Assembly (NCBI RefSeq): GCF_006345805.1
Contig: NC_043012.1
Span: 40,548,001-40,612,000, forward strand
Length of the DNA stretch: 64,000 nucleotides
Reading direction: 5' to 3'
From: Octopus sinensis
Taxonomy: Eukaryota
A program made the position numbers and the translations under genes. How positions within the stretch are numbered: the stretch's first letter is position 1; each line of letters begins with the position of its first letter. The notes beneath the pieces are model-generated. The model was not told the origin of the DNA and made no database searches. It was given only the letters and a program-made list of their open reading frames with translations. Positions 22,953-34,769 of the stretch are shown here, piece after piece.

Positions 22953-23522
22953 ATATATGCGTTTGTGTGCGCGCGCTCATCTGATACATGCATGTATGTG
23001 TGTGTGCATATGCATTCTTGGATATACATACATATATTATCACGCATACATAACTGATACTTAGGAGTGTGCACACGCACCCACACACTTTATATGCGCG
23101 CGCAGACACACGCACACACACACAAGCAAGCAAGCAAGCAAAATTTGTGGTAGATAGAAGACAAAAGGGGTGGAAGAGTGTACGCACAATGTCGGGTAAC
23201 CGACGGCGGGGGAGGGGGAGAGATAAAGATATTAGGTGTGAACGAAAGGTACAAAGAATGAAACGACGAGGAATGAAGACAACAACTGTGCCATATTTGT
23301 TTAACCACTTCCGTCTTCCCAACCACAAAACCACGTGATACGATCTATAGGAAGCGGCAAAACACCACAGGAATATTTTATAATAAAACATATGGTATCG
23401 CATGAACATCTACACACAACTCATCGTAGATTATGAACAACGTCATACAATGGTTATCGCATGTGTTTCTGCCTGCCTCCCCGCCTGCCTGCCTGCATGT
23501 GCGTACATACGTGTGTGTGTGT

Positions 23523-23558
<36 letters not shown>

Positions 23559-23813
23559 CGTGTGTGTGTGTGTACGTATTCTCAGGCAAAAGTATACGTA
23601 TATGTATGTCTTTATCCCAGTTATATTGTATGTGCTCCTTTTACTTGCGTAGTATTCCAGGACATATATATATATATATATATATAACGGCGGTGTATCA
23701 GCATGGCCGCAGCTCCGAGCTGAAACTACAGAATATATATATATATGTACGTACACACACACACACATACACACACGCACACACACACACACACACACAC
23801 ACCACCACACACA

Positions 23814-23909
<96 letters not shown>

Positions 23910-23998
23910 TCTGCCGAAAAGGTATAAGAGGAAACTTTACATTTTAACCTACATATCTTTGTATGTGAGTAACACACACAAATTATATATATATATAT

Positions 23999-24029
<31 letters not shown>

Positions 24030-24482
24030 TGAGAGAGATGACTGTTCATATCACAGTAACCAGTTCTGCCTATACAGGAATAGGTGGGAATATACGTAAG
24101 CATGACTATTTTTGTGTGTATGTGTGTCTCCTCTTCAGAGATGAATCGTATAAAGTAACCTGGCAGCTAAGTGTTGTCGCCAACATATCAGACAGCTGCC
24201 AAGTCTCAAGTGTTTAGATCAGTTTCACGGTTACATTTCTAACCCTTTCAACGTCAAAACAGCTGGATTGATACTGATAAACCGTTTGCACACACACACA
24301 CATTCATGCACCTATGTATGTATATACGTGTGTATGTTGATATTGATAGGTTTCTCTATGTACATTTACACTCCCACCTTTTCCTCCCTTCTTAACCCAC
24401 CCCGTAACGCATAGAAAAGCATTCTCACCTGGTTTCAAACCCTTCGCCCCTTTTTCACTGTTTATCTCGGTCACATCGTGTT

Positions 24483-24712
24483 TCTTTACTACCCACAAGG
24501 GGCTAAACACAGAGGGGACAAACAAAGACAGACAAACGGATTAAGGCGATTACATCTACCCCAGTGCGTAACAGGTACTTAATTTATCGACCCCGGAAGG
24601 ATGAAATGCAAAGTCTACCTCGGCGGAATTTGAACTCAGAACGTAACGGCAGACGAAATACCGCTAAGCATTTCGCCCGGCGTTCTAACGTTTCTGCCAG
24701 CTCGCCGCCGCC
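24483..24712 (-). mobile_element. SINE family B, full length, tail type 1
   Basis: TTTCTTTACTACCCACAAGGGGCTAAAC ... TTCTGCCAGCTCGCCGCC. Confidence 0.93.
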
Positions 24713-24745
24713 TTCTTTGTCACACCCTCTGTTTCTCTCTTTCTT

Positions 24746-24910
24746 CTGTTGAAGGACAAATGTCCGAAACGATAAGGTATTTTTTTGTTCTGTTAAATCT
24801 TCAAGTTAATACCTTTTTGTGAAACTTTGTGTCCTCCTAACGTGTCTACTAAAGCCTTAATAGAAAGAAAAAAATGCCTTATCGTTTCGGACATTTGTCC
24901 TTCATCACAA
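24746..24910. repeat. Inverted pair of hammerhead-like motifs (about 35-bp arms, about 90-bp spacer)
   Basis: GAAGGACAAATGTCCGAAACGATAAGG at 24751 and its reverse complement ending at 24904. Confidence 0.85.
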
Positions 24911-25159
24911 TAAAGAGGGAAACTGTGAGAGTGACAAAAAACTAATTAATGAAAAAAGAGGTAAAAGCTTAGAAACCAGGTGAGAATGCTCTTCTTTGCC
25001 GTTGCAGGGAGAGTTGAGGGGGGAATCGGCAGGAGTGTGTGGATGTGTATGTATAAATATATCCGTATGAATATACACACGTATATGCATTAATACATAA
25101 GCATTCTATATATATATATATATATATATGCATTTAATAATTTTTAATCGAATGAATCG

Positions 25160-25310
25160 ATTCCAGGACATATTTTTTACGCCTGATACTTTTTCTATCG
25201 ATCTTTCTTGCCGAACCACTAAGTTATGGTGACGCAAAAGCACCAACAGCGGTTATCACACGGTAATGGTTGGGAAGGCGGACAAACACAGACGCAAATA
25301 CACACAGCAT

Positions 25311-25379
<69 letters not shown>

Positions 25380-25525
25380 GGATTCTTTCAGTTTCCATCT
25401 ACCGAAGCCACTCACAAGAGTTTAGTCGAGCTGAAGCTATAGTAGAAGATACTTGTTCAAAGTGCTACACAATGGGACTGAACCCGGAACCATGTGGTTG
25501 GGAAACAAGCTTCTTACAACACAAT
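25160..25525 (-). mobile_element. SINE family A
   Basis: TTTCAGTTTCCATCTACC...GGGACTGAACCCGGAACCATGTGGTTGG with a long internal (AT)n. Confidence 0.88.
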
Positions 25526-25630
25526 CTGTCTGTCTGGCTGGCTGGCTGGCTGGCTGGTTATGCTAATAATCAGTTGTTACAACTCAGTATACAAATGCTT
25601 CAGAATAATGCGTTAGGCGAATACAGCGCG

Positions 25631-25857
25631 TTATATGAATAACTGGAATGACAACGGAATAGGAATTATGAAAACTGCTCCATTAGCTTGCAGCTGTTTC
25701 TGCTATATGAAGCAGTGCATTCAGAGCTGAGTGCATGTGCAACATTTTATAGCTTCCTCGTGAGCAGTCAGCATTGAATGCACAGCTTCCAACGATAGAA
25801 GCAGCTGTAAGTCAATGGCGTATGTTGTATAAATCCTGTTCCCTCGTTATTTAATAA
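25631..25857. mobile_element. Fold-back MITE-like element with imperfect ~80-bp arms
   Basis: ...CCATTAGCTTGCAGCTGTTTCT...GAAGCAGTGCATTCA is mirrored by TGAATGCACAGCTTC...AGAAGCAGCTGTAAGTCAATGG... Confidence 0.7.
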
Positions 25858-26324
25858 TCTTATAAATATAATGAAAATTTACTGGTTAAGAGAATCAGAT
25901 TTATTATAAATTTGATTCTACAAACACAGACTTTTCCTTCTGTCTTTCTGAAGATGATCTTAATCTTGTATATTGAAGACACTTCCAATTTCCTAATCTT
26001 TCATTAATTCGTTACTTTCAGTTTCGCTTGGTCTTTTATGTTATTCCGTTGTTAATTTTGAACACACACGCACAGGTTGCTAGGTATTCAGAGACAGAGT
26101 CAGACAGATGGAAAGTTTGGCTGATAGATAGATAGATGGATAGACAGACAGACATACTTCGCTCAGTCACCTATTCTAGTTTCTCGCTCTTATGTCATCT
26201 GAGCAAACTAAAGACAAACAAATAAAATGATCCTATGATAATAACATTTGTTAAATCAAGAAAATTGATGAGTCTACCGGGACGAATGAAAAATTCAGAA
26301 ACTACTCGAAGGCGCTGGAATGGC

Positions 26325-26453
26325 TGGGTGATAAGCAGTTGCTTACCAAACACATGGTTCCGGGTTCAGTCCCACTGCGTGGCACCTTGGGCAAGTGTCT
26401 TCTACTCGGGCCGACCAAAGCCTTGTGAGTGGATTTGGTAGACGGTAACTATC

Positions 26454-26490
<37 letters not shown>

Positions 26491-26670
26491 GTGTGTGTGT
26501 GTTTGTGTATGTTTGTCCCCACAACATCGTTTGACGTAGCGGTTCGGCAAAAGACACCGATAGAATAAATACTAGGCTTACAAAAATAAGTCCTGGGCTC
26601 GATTTGCTCGACTAAAGGTGCTGCTCCAGCATGGCCGCAGTCAAATAACTGAAACAAGTAAAAGAATAAG
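26325..26670 (+). mobile_element. SINE family A (internal deletions)
   Basis: GGTTCCGGGTTCAGTCCCACTGCGTGGCACCTTGGGCAAGTGTC ... GACTAAAGG...GAAACAAGTAAAAGAATA. Confidence 0.9.
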
Positions 26671-26959
26671 AATAATCGTTTGAAGGTGGAAATCTTTTTT
26701 GTGAATTCTTAAAGAAACTTTAATTCAAAAAGAAATTCTGATCTCGGCGCAACGCCAGAAATTTTGAGGGAGGACGTTCCTCGACCTCCATCCTCCACTG
26801 GTACTTTAATAAAAAAAAACATTTATTTTCTTTATTGTTGCCAATAATCGAAATCTTAATTGCAATAACACACACACACAATTGAGTAAATCTGGAACTG
26901 TTTGTTTACTCATTTTTACAAAAACAAGGGAAACTGTCTTAAATACTGTATCAACAATC

Positions 26960-26992
26960 TCTCTCTATTCATCCATCCATCCATCCATCCAG

Positions 26993-27038
<46 letters not shown>

Positions 27039-27080
27039 CTCTATCTCTCTCTCTATTCATCCATCCATCCATCCATCCAG

Positions 27081-27154
<74 letters not shown>

Positions 27155-27157
27155 GTC

Positions 27158-27196
<39 letters not shown>

Positions 27197-27252
27197 GCCT
27201 CTATCTATCTATCTATCTATCTATCTGTCTCTATCTATCTATCTATCTATAT
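26960..27252. repeat. Compound (CATC)n/(TATC)n tract, internally duplicated
   Basis: The block CTCTCTATTCATCCATCC...CAGTTATCTATC occurs twice. Confidence 0.95.
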
Positions 27253-27940
27253 CTTTCCCCCTCAAGTTTCTTCTGTTTATTTAACGTTGGGAATGTGATA
27301 AAAAATACTCAGGGGTAGAAAAATGTTATTAGAAGATAATTAAAATGATTTGGTTTGTTTCGTCGTGTGGTTTGAATTGGGTATTTATTGATTGGTATTA
27401 AGTTTTAGTTGCGTGTGGTTCCATAATAAATGTTGTTCCAGCTACGGACGTTGTTGAAATTAGATTTTTTGAAATTTATTATAATATTTACAGAATTACG
27501 TAATGGTTTTCCAGTATTTATTGCGACGTGCACGAACCGAAGGCAGTTTGTAATTACATTACCAACAGAAGTGGGTGAGCTTCGCGTGAACGGCAGAAAT
27601 AATGCTTCGACCATCCAAGTTGAAGGAACCTTATGACTCAGGGTTGGGCTTCAGCCAAAGAAACTTGTTGATTTAAAGGACCTGTTGTTCTTGCTTCCGA
27701 AGTGTTCCCGCTCTTTCGTTTATGACTATGAATTGGCTGGTTACATATTTGTGCGGCGAGAGGATATTGTGTTCAGGATACGTGCTTGGAGAAGTGTAGT
27801 GATGACAAAGTGAGTTTTTTTAAACAGAGGTCGTGCAGGGACCAAAACAACCGGTGTTCATCTATCAGCTCCTGAATCTTCTCGAACCTTTACGATGATT
27901 CTGGCGCGACTTCGCTTTTATAATCATATAACACTTATTT

Positions 27941-28330
27941 ACATTATTTACAATTGACGGTATTTGTCCTCATCTTGTTTGTTGTTACCATCTAACTTTC
28001 CTGTGTAGATGTAGAGGCTCGAAGCTAATACCATCTGGCTTGAATATAATGACCCCAGTGGATTCATATAAAGCTAGAAGAGTAGCGGAAAGGGCAGGTC
28101 ATGCCCTCGTCCATGAGAGGATCCATTACAACAGATGAAAAACATCAACTAAATAACGAAATCGAAGAGAAGTTATCTTCATTACTTCAAAAAAATATAG
28201 TGTTAACAAACAAGATGAGGACAAATATCCGTCAATTGTAAATAATGTACATAATTCCTCATCTCTTAAATAGAGAACTGAATCATAGGACACACTATAA
28301 TATGGGCTGATATTTCTACAAGCTGAATAT
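27941..28330 (+). mobile_element. Penelope-like 5' ORF fragment bracketed by ~45-bp inverted terminal segments
   Basis: ACATTATTTACAATTGACGGTATTTGTCCTCATCTTGTTTGTT (27941) is inverted at 28205-28249. The interior reads like NTIPSGLNI..PVDSYKARRVAERAG, recalled as a PLE ORF N-terminus. Confidence 0.55.
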
Positions 28331-29306
28331 TCAGGGCACGTTGCCTGGTTTAAGTGTGGGATTAACTTACTAAGTATGAAAGGTTTCGATCCTTGCCTTC
28401 GCTAGTTTCATCCGACGTATACTGGTAACAACTCTGGTAAAGTTTCTACCTTATTCTAGTTTCCTCGGCAACGTATTATCTCACCGTATTTACCAACATT
28501 AATAATAAACGAATTTCTCAGTAAATATATATCGAATTATATCTTTGTTGATGTAGAAAAATAGAATCAAATACCCCCCCAAAAAGGCTGCAATATGAAT
28601 AATGTAATGATGAAACAATAAGACAAAAAAGTAGGAGTTCATCGTGGTGCAGAAATAGCAGCCAAGTTTTCTTAAAATCGTTCTCTATCACTATATCGAG
28701 TAGGAGACCGTCTTAAAAATGACGGAATGGTCAAGGCTGGAACGTCTTTAATTATAGCTCTGTTCATTCAGCATTGACCTGGGGTTTAACATTTACAACA
28801 ACATAAACAATAGCTAAATGACTGCTGGCATGATTAATATATGAGTAGGGGTGGGCATTAAAAATTTGAAGAACAAAATGTAAGAGAAAGCTAACATCAA
28901 CCAGTATTACCTTTCTCCAGTACAGCGTGGTGGAGTGGGTGGTGGGGAGGCAATAAGTACCAGTTATACTCGGAGGTCGATTTAAGTACTAGTGTCTTCC
29001 TTCAATATTCATGGCTACTCCTTCTCCGAAGGCTTCCTCTCACATCGTTCAGCTTACACCCTACTCACACCATCTCCTTCACCACACACATCTTCCATTC
29101 AAATGACACCACCACCACCCCATACTGGCTTCTCCCCTCACCTATCCCCACCACATCTTCTCCTCCACATTACTACTTCACGTCTGTTAATGTTTCAATC
29201 CCAATCTAGCAATCTAAGCAGAATTACCATTTTTTACACTCTTGCAATCCCTCACTCTCGAGAAAAGATACCTCCGAAACGTCATTTGCTTTTTCTACTC
29301 CGCACA

Positions 29307-29397
29307 GCAGCTCAGCTCAACTCAGCTCAGCTCAGCTCAGCTCAGCTCAGCCCAGCTCAGCTCAACTCAGCTCAGCTCAGCTCAGCTCAGCTCACAG
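29307..29397. repeat. (CAGCT)n pentanucleotide array
   Basis: About 18 units with CAACT and CAGCC variants. Confidence 0.95.
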
Positions 29398-29893
29398 CAA
29401 TTTCTCTGAGCTTAGGCCATTCTTCTTATTGCTGTTGTCGATACGGTTCTATTAGCTGCTGAGTTCCAACACTGCGCAGATGTGCCATCTTGTGGTACAC
29501 TTACAACAATAAGTCAACGGATACGCCTATACTGGGTCCACCGATCTACTAGAAATAACAGCCATAATTTGTCAGATCACCACTAAAAAGGACATGCTGG
29601 ATACTGTAGTCCTTGACATAAAAATGATGGGACGGTCGCGACGGAAACAGCAACAACAACAACAATTGATCAAAGTAACAGTTGCAAACAATTTGGTTTC
29701 TCTGTGTGTGTGTGTGTGTGTATTATGAATGTGTGAGCATGTGTGGTTTTGTTTGTGTGTGTGTGTGTATGTGTGTGTGTGTGCTTATGTGCAGGAATAT
29801 GTATGTGTGTGCGTGTGTTTGCAGGTTTGTGCATGAGGTATCCTTTGTGCATGCGCATATGTGAGATATTCGCGCGGAAATTTGTATATATGC

Positions 29894-29960
<67 letters not shown>

Positions 29961-30555
29961 CAGGTGTAGTCTTTTCGAAACTACATTGATCCATATATCG
30001 GGGTGGAAGGGCGAGTGGTGAGGGAAGGTAATTGAGGGGGTGGTGGTGTCGTGGCGGTGGAGTACGCGTGGACACACAGACATCTAACATAAACCATTCC
30101 AGAAGAATGTAATGTTAATAAAACGAACAATTACGAAATAAAGAATGGGGGGTGGGGGTACGATAATGTTTATGTTAGATGCGTTTGTAAAGGGAATGAT
30201 AATAATAATAGTAAAGGAGGGTGGAGAGGTGATAAGGGTAGTAGTGAAGTGGGTGCAGAGGAAGGGGGCAAAATTGGGGGGGGACCGGGATGGTGTCGGG
30301 GTGGTGTCGGGGGTGGAGAGGTAGAAATGACATTAACGTGATAGAATTACCAAAGTTATGACAGCGGCATCACAAGACGTTGTTGCCAGAGACATCTGCT
30401 TCGTATTTCGAGAATGTCTGAGTTATACACCCCCCCACCACCACCACCACCCAACGCCTCCATAACGCAGCATCCCTCCCTCCCTCACTCTCGTACACGC
30501 GTACCGAAATGGCTTGACAAAGTGCATTTTCTGTTTGTCTCTGTTAAGTGTGTAT

Positions 30556-30635
<80 letters not shown>

Positions 30636-30636
30636 G

Positions 30637-30720
30637 AAAAGACTTTTTCCTGAGCGTCAATACACCTTATTACTCCTTTATCTGTTTGTCTTTTGTTTTT
30701 CGTGTTATGTGCAATTCTGA
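30637..30720 (+). mobile_element. Penelope terminal-repeat fragment
   Basis: AAAAGACTTTTTCCTGAGCGTCAATACACC matches the sequence just downstream of the hammerhead-like motif in the 18780 and 58760 copies. Confidence 0.6.
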
Positions 30721-31175
30721 AGAGTACACACACACACACACACACACACACCACCACACACACACACACACACACATACACCCGTATGTATGTATCATCA
30801 CCAGTGGTCAGTTCTCGTAGCTGACCTAGAAGCCTGGTGTCACACCCTCCTCTGGCCAACGGCCTCCTATCGAAGACTACTACCAGACCATTGTTGCAGA
30901 CAAGAGAAAAATGAAGGAAAACACAAGGATACTAAGACCAACCTGGGCCGGCCCACCTTCTGCGGCTGCGCTTGCCTGTCTCCAGCTGGACTCGTTGGGT
31001 ATCAGCACACTCCAGTCGGACGTAGACGCCCACCCACCCTCAACCCCGCCCCCGTAAATCTTCGCTCGCGAAACCAAGCCAAGAAAAGGAGATATAGTCT
31101 GGATTTCTGAGATATGAACTTATTATTTCACACAGATATACACAGATTAGTGTCCTCCTACTGGTTGTTAGTGTC

Positions 31176-31216
31176 ACAACGTTTCGCCCGTTGTTCCCTC
31201 TGGCCTTCTTCGGGTA
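31176..31216 (-). ncRNA. Degenerate minimal hammerhead-like motif
   Basis: Minus strand CCCGAAGA-A-GGCC...GGGC-GAAACGTT-GTG. Core has U>C and stem II has one mismatch. Confidence 0.4.
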
Positions 31217-31363
31217 TCTGTTGTATACAGTAATATTCTCGGCATCTGTCTCTCGGTCTGCCTATCTAGACGCATACATATTCACAAATATGTATGTAAG
31301 CCAAAATAGTAGACATATAAACATGCTAAGTTTACCTGTTTCTTTGTAGATTGAAGAAAAAAA

Positions 31364-31420
31364 TGACGAACAACCTTATTCGGTTTTCGAACCTTATTGA
31401 GCTCTCGTCAGAGATGTCAA
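31364..31420 (-). ncRNA. Type-I hammerhead-like motif with canonical CUGACGA core
   Basis: Minus strand CTGACGA / GAGC-TCAATAAG-GTTC / GAAA / ACC-GAATAA-GGTT / G. Stem II and stem III form; stem I is weak and the cleavage triplet reads UUG. Confidence 0.5.
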
Positions 31421-31848
31421 CATCCATTTGACCAATTCCAGACAAACAAGCAACCAACCTGTTTATTTACTCGTCAAATCTAGAAGCTTCAGAGAACTGG
31501 TGCTGCTTATTTGCATGCAATTTCTTTAACGCGACATTAAATCTTAGATTTAAATAATTATGCTTTGTAACGACGAAATATCGGTTTCGATTCCACTGCG
31601 TTCTATAGCTGTAGCTCGATCCGTATACCGTGATCGAATTTTAGGTAGACGGAAACTGTAAAGAAGCTTGTCTGTCCTTTTGAATCAGTGTGCAATCCAC
31701 TGGCATTATCACACTTGCTATGTCAGCTTGAGTGTCAGAAAATTACGTAAAGAATAAACATGTCTACAGAGTACTCAGCCACTTAAACGATTATTCATTT
31801 AGTCAAACAACTGACCTTTTATTATCGAAATCGACGGAGATCCACCCA

Positions 31849-31879
<31 letters not shown>

Positions 31880-31940
31880 ATGTATGTATGTATGTATGTA
31901 TGTATGTATGTATGTATGTATGTATGCATGCATGCATATA

Positions 31941-32073
31941 AGTTACGGAATGGAGTATATGATATCCGGGCTACATATATTTCATAGCGAGTAGAAGCTC
32001 AGAAGTGGAGAAGTAGGTTCCACTCGCTATGAAACATAAGTAGCTCGAATTTCCCATACTCCATTCCGTAACT
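31941..32073. repeat. Fold-back with ~55-bp imperfect arms
   Basis: AGTTACGGAATGGAGTAT...GCTAC..ATTTCATAGCGAGT is mirrored by ACTCGCTATGAAAC..GTAGC...ATACTCCATTCCGTAACT. Confidence 0.85.
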
Positions 32074-32255
32074 CTTGTATTCTTTTTGGCACACTCAGCA
32101 ACCCTGGTTGCCTACCCAAGAGTATAACAAGAGCTTTTCTCAGCTCTGCACCCTTTCGTCTCGATAAACCACTACTGTCCCAGAAACTTGTTTTCTCATA
32201 TCTACTACGGATTGCTTGAAGCTAACTTTCTTCCTACACCTCGATCCCTGGATCT

Positions 32256-32298
<43 letters not shown>

Positions 32299-32344
32299 TA
32301 TATTATACTATATATATATAATATTATATATATATATATATATA

Positions 32345-32672
32345 CACGAGACCACCCTTCGGTCATGACTGACCGTGGGATTGCACCTAGAAAGTTACCC
32401 TCCTAGACACAAGTCCGGGCAAGGTTGTTTATGGAAGACCAGCAGTCGCCCATGCATACCGGCCGCCCCTCTCCACGCCACCAGTGTTATCCAAGGGAAA
32501 GGCAAAGGGACCGATACAGCTTGGCACCAGTGACGTCGCAACTCATTTCTACAGCTGAGTGAACTGGAGCAACGTGAAATAAAGTGTCTTGCTCAAGAAA
32601 ACAACACGCAGCCCGGTCCGGGATTCGAACTCAAAACCTCGACGCTCTAACCACAGAACTATGCGCCTTCAC
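32345..32672 (-). mobile_element. SINE with D body and tail Z
   Basis: CAGCTGAGTGAACTGGAGCAACGTGAAATAAAGTGTCTTGCTCAAG plus GGATTCGAACTC head; tail ...GCACCTAGAAAGTTACCCTC. Confidence 0.85.
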
Positions 32673-33071
32673 TATAGCTTCAATACACACACACACACAC
32701 AAAATATTTTATAATTATATGCATAATTATAACAAGGGATCGGTATGTATATAATTATAAAATATTTTGTAAAATTTATCTATAAGGTTTTTATTTCCGC
32801 TCTGGCTACCTGGTAAAATTATTATTGATTTTACCCCTTATTATTAAAATAATAATAATTATATATATATATATATAATTATTATCTCTAGATCTCTGAA
32901 CAAGAGACATTCGGTAACAGTAGTTTAGAGTAAAAATTATTTGCCAACATAATGCAGGAGTCCTGGTTAGGACGATTGTTACTGCTATTTAGCTCCAGTA
33001 AACATCGTCTCCAACTGGCTATACGACACACTATCTGTGTCCTTATATTTTCGAACAAGGAGCAATATATA

Positions 33072-33116
<45 letters not shown>

Positions 33117-33163
33117 ATATATATATATATTATATATATATAATATATATATATAATTATATA

Positions 33164-33213
<50 letters not shown>

Positions 33214-33685
33214 TATATATAATCTTATATTATCTCTCACTCGCTCAACTTGTTTGCTCCATACTCATACAACACATACATAAACTCACGTGCACAACCA
33301 GGAATTACTACCACTGCCACCAACGCCAACAACTCTTCGACAACCAATCGTAAGAAAACCCACGACCACCACCACCACCACTACTCCATGTTGATCTTGA
33401 CAATGATAAGGTTCCTGATAAAGAGATTACATTGGAGTCTACCCAGTGGACAGGGTGACGGGGTGCCACAGAGACGGGGAGGACAGAGGTGGGTGTCGGG
33501 TGTTTAGTGACGAAGTGACAAATCGCGGAGACAGGGGTGAGGATCTGTTAACTGATAACGATGTTATCAACCTGGATGTTGTTGCTCTTCTTCTTCTTAT
33601 TCGATATCGTAACCCACATCTGATATCATTGGCATAATGCTCAAATTGTTATGTCATTAACAGGAACACAAACGCGCGCGCGCGT

Positions 33686-33855
33686 GTGTGTATGCGCGTG
33701 TTTGTGCATGTGTGTGCTTGTGTGTATGCGCGTGTTTGTGCATGTGTGTGCTTGTGTGTATGCGCGTGTTTGTGCATGTGTGTGCTTGTGTGTATGCGCG
33801 TGTTTGTGCATGTGTGTGCTTGTGTGTATGCGCGTGTTTGTGCATGTGTGTGTTT
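33686..33855. repeat. 34-bp minisatellite, five copies
   Basis: GTGTGTATGCGCGTGTTTGTGCATGTGTGTGCTT; ATGCGC falls at 33692, 33726, 33760, 33794 and 33828. Confidence 0.95.
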
Positions 33856-34769
33856 GTGGGTGTGTGCGTGTTTGTGCGACTGTGTGTTTCTTTGTGTGTG
33901 CGTGTTTGAGTGTGTTTGTATGTGTGTTCGTCTGTTTGTGTTTGTGTGTGACTGTTTCTTTGTTTGTGTTTGTGTGTTTGTGTGCTTGTGTATGTGTATG
34001 TGTATGTGTGTTTGTGTAAGTGTGTGTGTGATTGAGTGTATGCGTGTGTGTGTGCGTGTGTAATTCATAGGTTATCTACTTGACTACCTCTGAATCAGCT
34101 TGGTTTGGATTTCTCTCCTCTTCACTCCGTTGCATCGCGAGCCTTGACCTGGAAGAAGTCGGAATTTAAGTTCAAATTCATTTGAGCACTTCTTCGTCGG
34201 ATCTAAACTTGGCTCTGTGTGTGTGTGTGCGTATGCGCGTGTGTGTATGCGTGTGAATGTATGCGTGTGCGTGTGCGTGTGAATGTATGCGTGCTAATGT
34301 CTTTGTGCGTGAATGTATGCGTATGATTGTGTGTATGTGAGAATGTGAGTGTATTTTCTTTCAGTTTGTCAAGTTTCTTTCGAAATGGATTTGCTCATGA
34401 AAAAGCTTCTATATTAACAAACTTTGTCATAGATCCAGGGATTTTGGAGGAGAGGCTGCAGTTGATTATATAAATACCAGTATATGACTGCTACATTATA
34501 GACCCCGGAGGGATAAAAAGGCAAAAATGGTATCGGTAAAATTTGAACTCAGAAAGTAAAAGGAGGCAAATAAATTTTGCAAGCCTTCTGTCCAATATGC
34601 TGCAATTTACTGCCGAAGGCGGAAGGTGGTGGAGAGTATTAGAGGTCATTTAATGTTGAATTCAAGTTTCGCCGGGGTCAGTTTTATCATCAAATGATTT
34701 GATAGGTACGTGGTATTTCGTTGTGTAACCATAATCTATATATTTATACACAATTCAGTGTGTTTGTGT

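Noticed and set aside
23402-23947. Long ORFs rich in CV/YI/HT (also 19413, 33651, 36073, 36964, 58482 and others)
   Set aside because: Dinucleotide and tetranucleotide microsatellites lack stop codons in some frames; these are not genes.
30250-30325. G-quadruplex-like G-runs
   Set aside because: Common in this low-complexity genome, with no functional context.
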